From Macrostomum lignano (Eukaryota), in the NCBI GenBank assembly GCA_002269645.1, contig NIVC01000029.1:930001-994000 (forward strand): 64,000 nt of DNA, in the 5' to 3' direction. Numbering within the stretch: the first letter of the stretch is position 1; each line of letters begins with the position of its first letter. A model generated the notes under the pieces. The model was not told where the DNA came from and searched no databases. It saw nothing but the letters and a program-made list of their open reading frames with translations. The position numbers and the translations under genes were made by a program. Positions 63,072-64,000 of the stretch are shown here, in pieces.

Positions 63072-63507
63072 GTAAGATAGTTCGCTGCTTTAAAGATAAA
63101 TTTTTACTTTTTTTCGCCATTTTCAGTACATTCTGTCCTTTTAGGCATCTGCTACAATTAGAAAAAATAATTGTCAACTTGTTAATCTGGAGCTTATGAA
63201 GGGAGTTGAAGCCTGAAGTTGAAATCTCTTCTGGCTCGTATAAAAACAAAATCGAAAATCAACTCTAATATGTTTTATGTGCTATATATATTTTTTGTTT
63301 AAAATTGTATTTTTATTACTTTAAACGGGCTAAATTCAATTAATTATTACTCTGCTCTTAAAGGCTATCCATTTTTTATCTTATTTGATATTGTATGATG
63401 CTTTTATTTTCAATAAAATGGTTCTTAAAGTCATTCGGCGTATTACATATTCAGATCATATTTTCACTGACTGTTGAATTGATAGAAAAGCCAATAGCGA
63501 AAGACGG

Positions 63508-64000
<493 letters not shown>

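Overview
Eukaryotic, intron-containing animal genomic DNA. The codon style, poly-Ala/Gln low-complexity genes and minisatellite-filled introns suggest a flatworm such as Macrostomum, but that is inference only. Five spliced gene models were built by hand from GT-AG sites with consistent phases. (1) The 5' part of a Dscam-like Ig receptor on the - strand: 4 exons, 14768->697, running off the window start. (2) A complete 12-exon outer-arm dynein heavy chain of the DNAH5/8 type on the + strand, 20500-39762, ~4640 aa. (3) A 2-exon low-complexity orphan on the - strand, 44999->41970, ending in a PDZ-binding-type motif. (4) EMC2/TTC35 on the - strand, 4 exons, 57593->50693. (5) A 7-exon putative type-I membrane protein with an F-type-lectin-like ectodomain on the + strand from 60442, largely missed by the ORF track. 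Non-coding DNA carries about 15 distinct tandem arrays (several G-quadruplex- or telomere-like, one with a 291-bp higher-order period, many abutting splice sites). It also holds two TIR elements (one with a 9-bp TSD), tRNA-derived SINE-like heads, decayed LINE fragments and a perfect RFX X-box palindrome in a dynein intron. No rRNA, CRISPR or prokaryotic features are supported.
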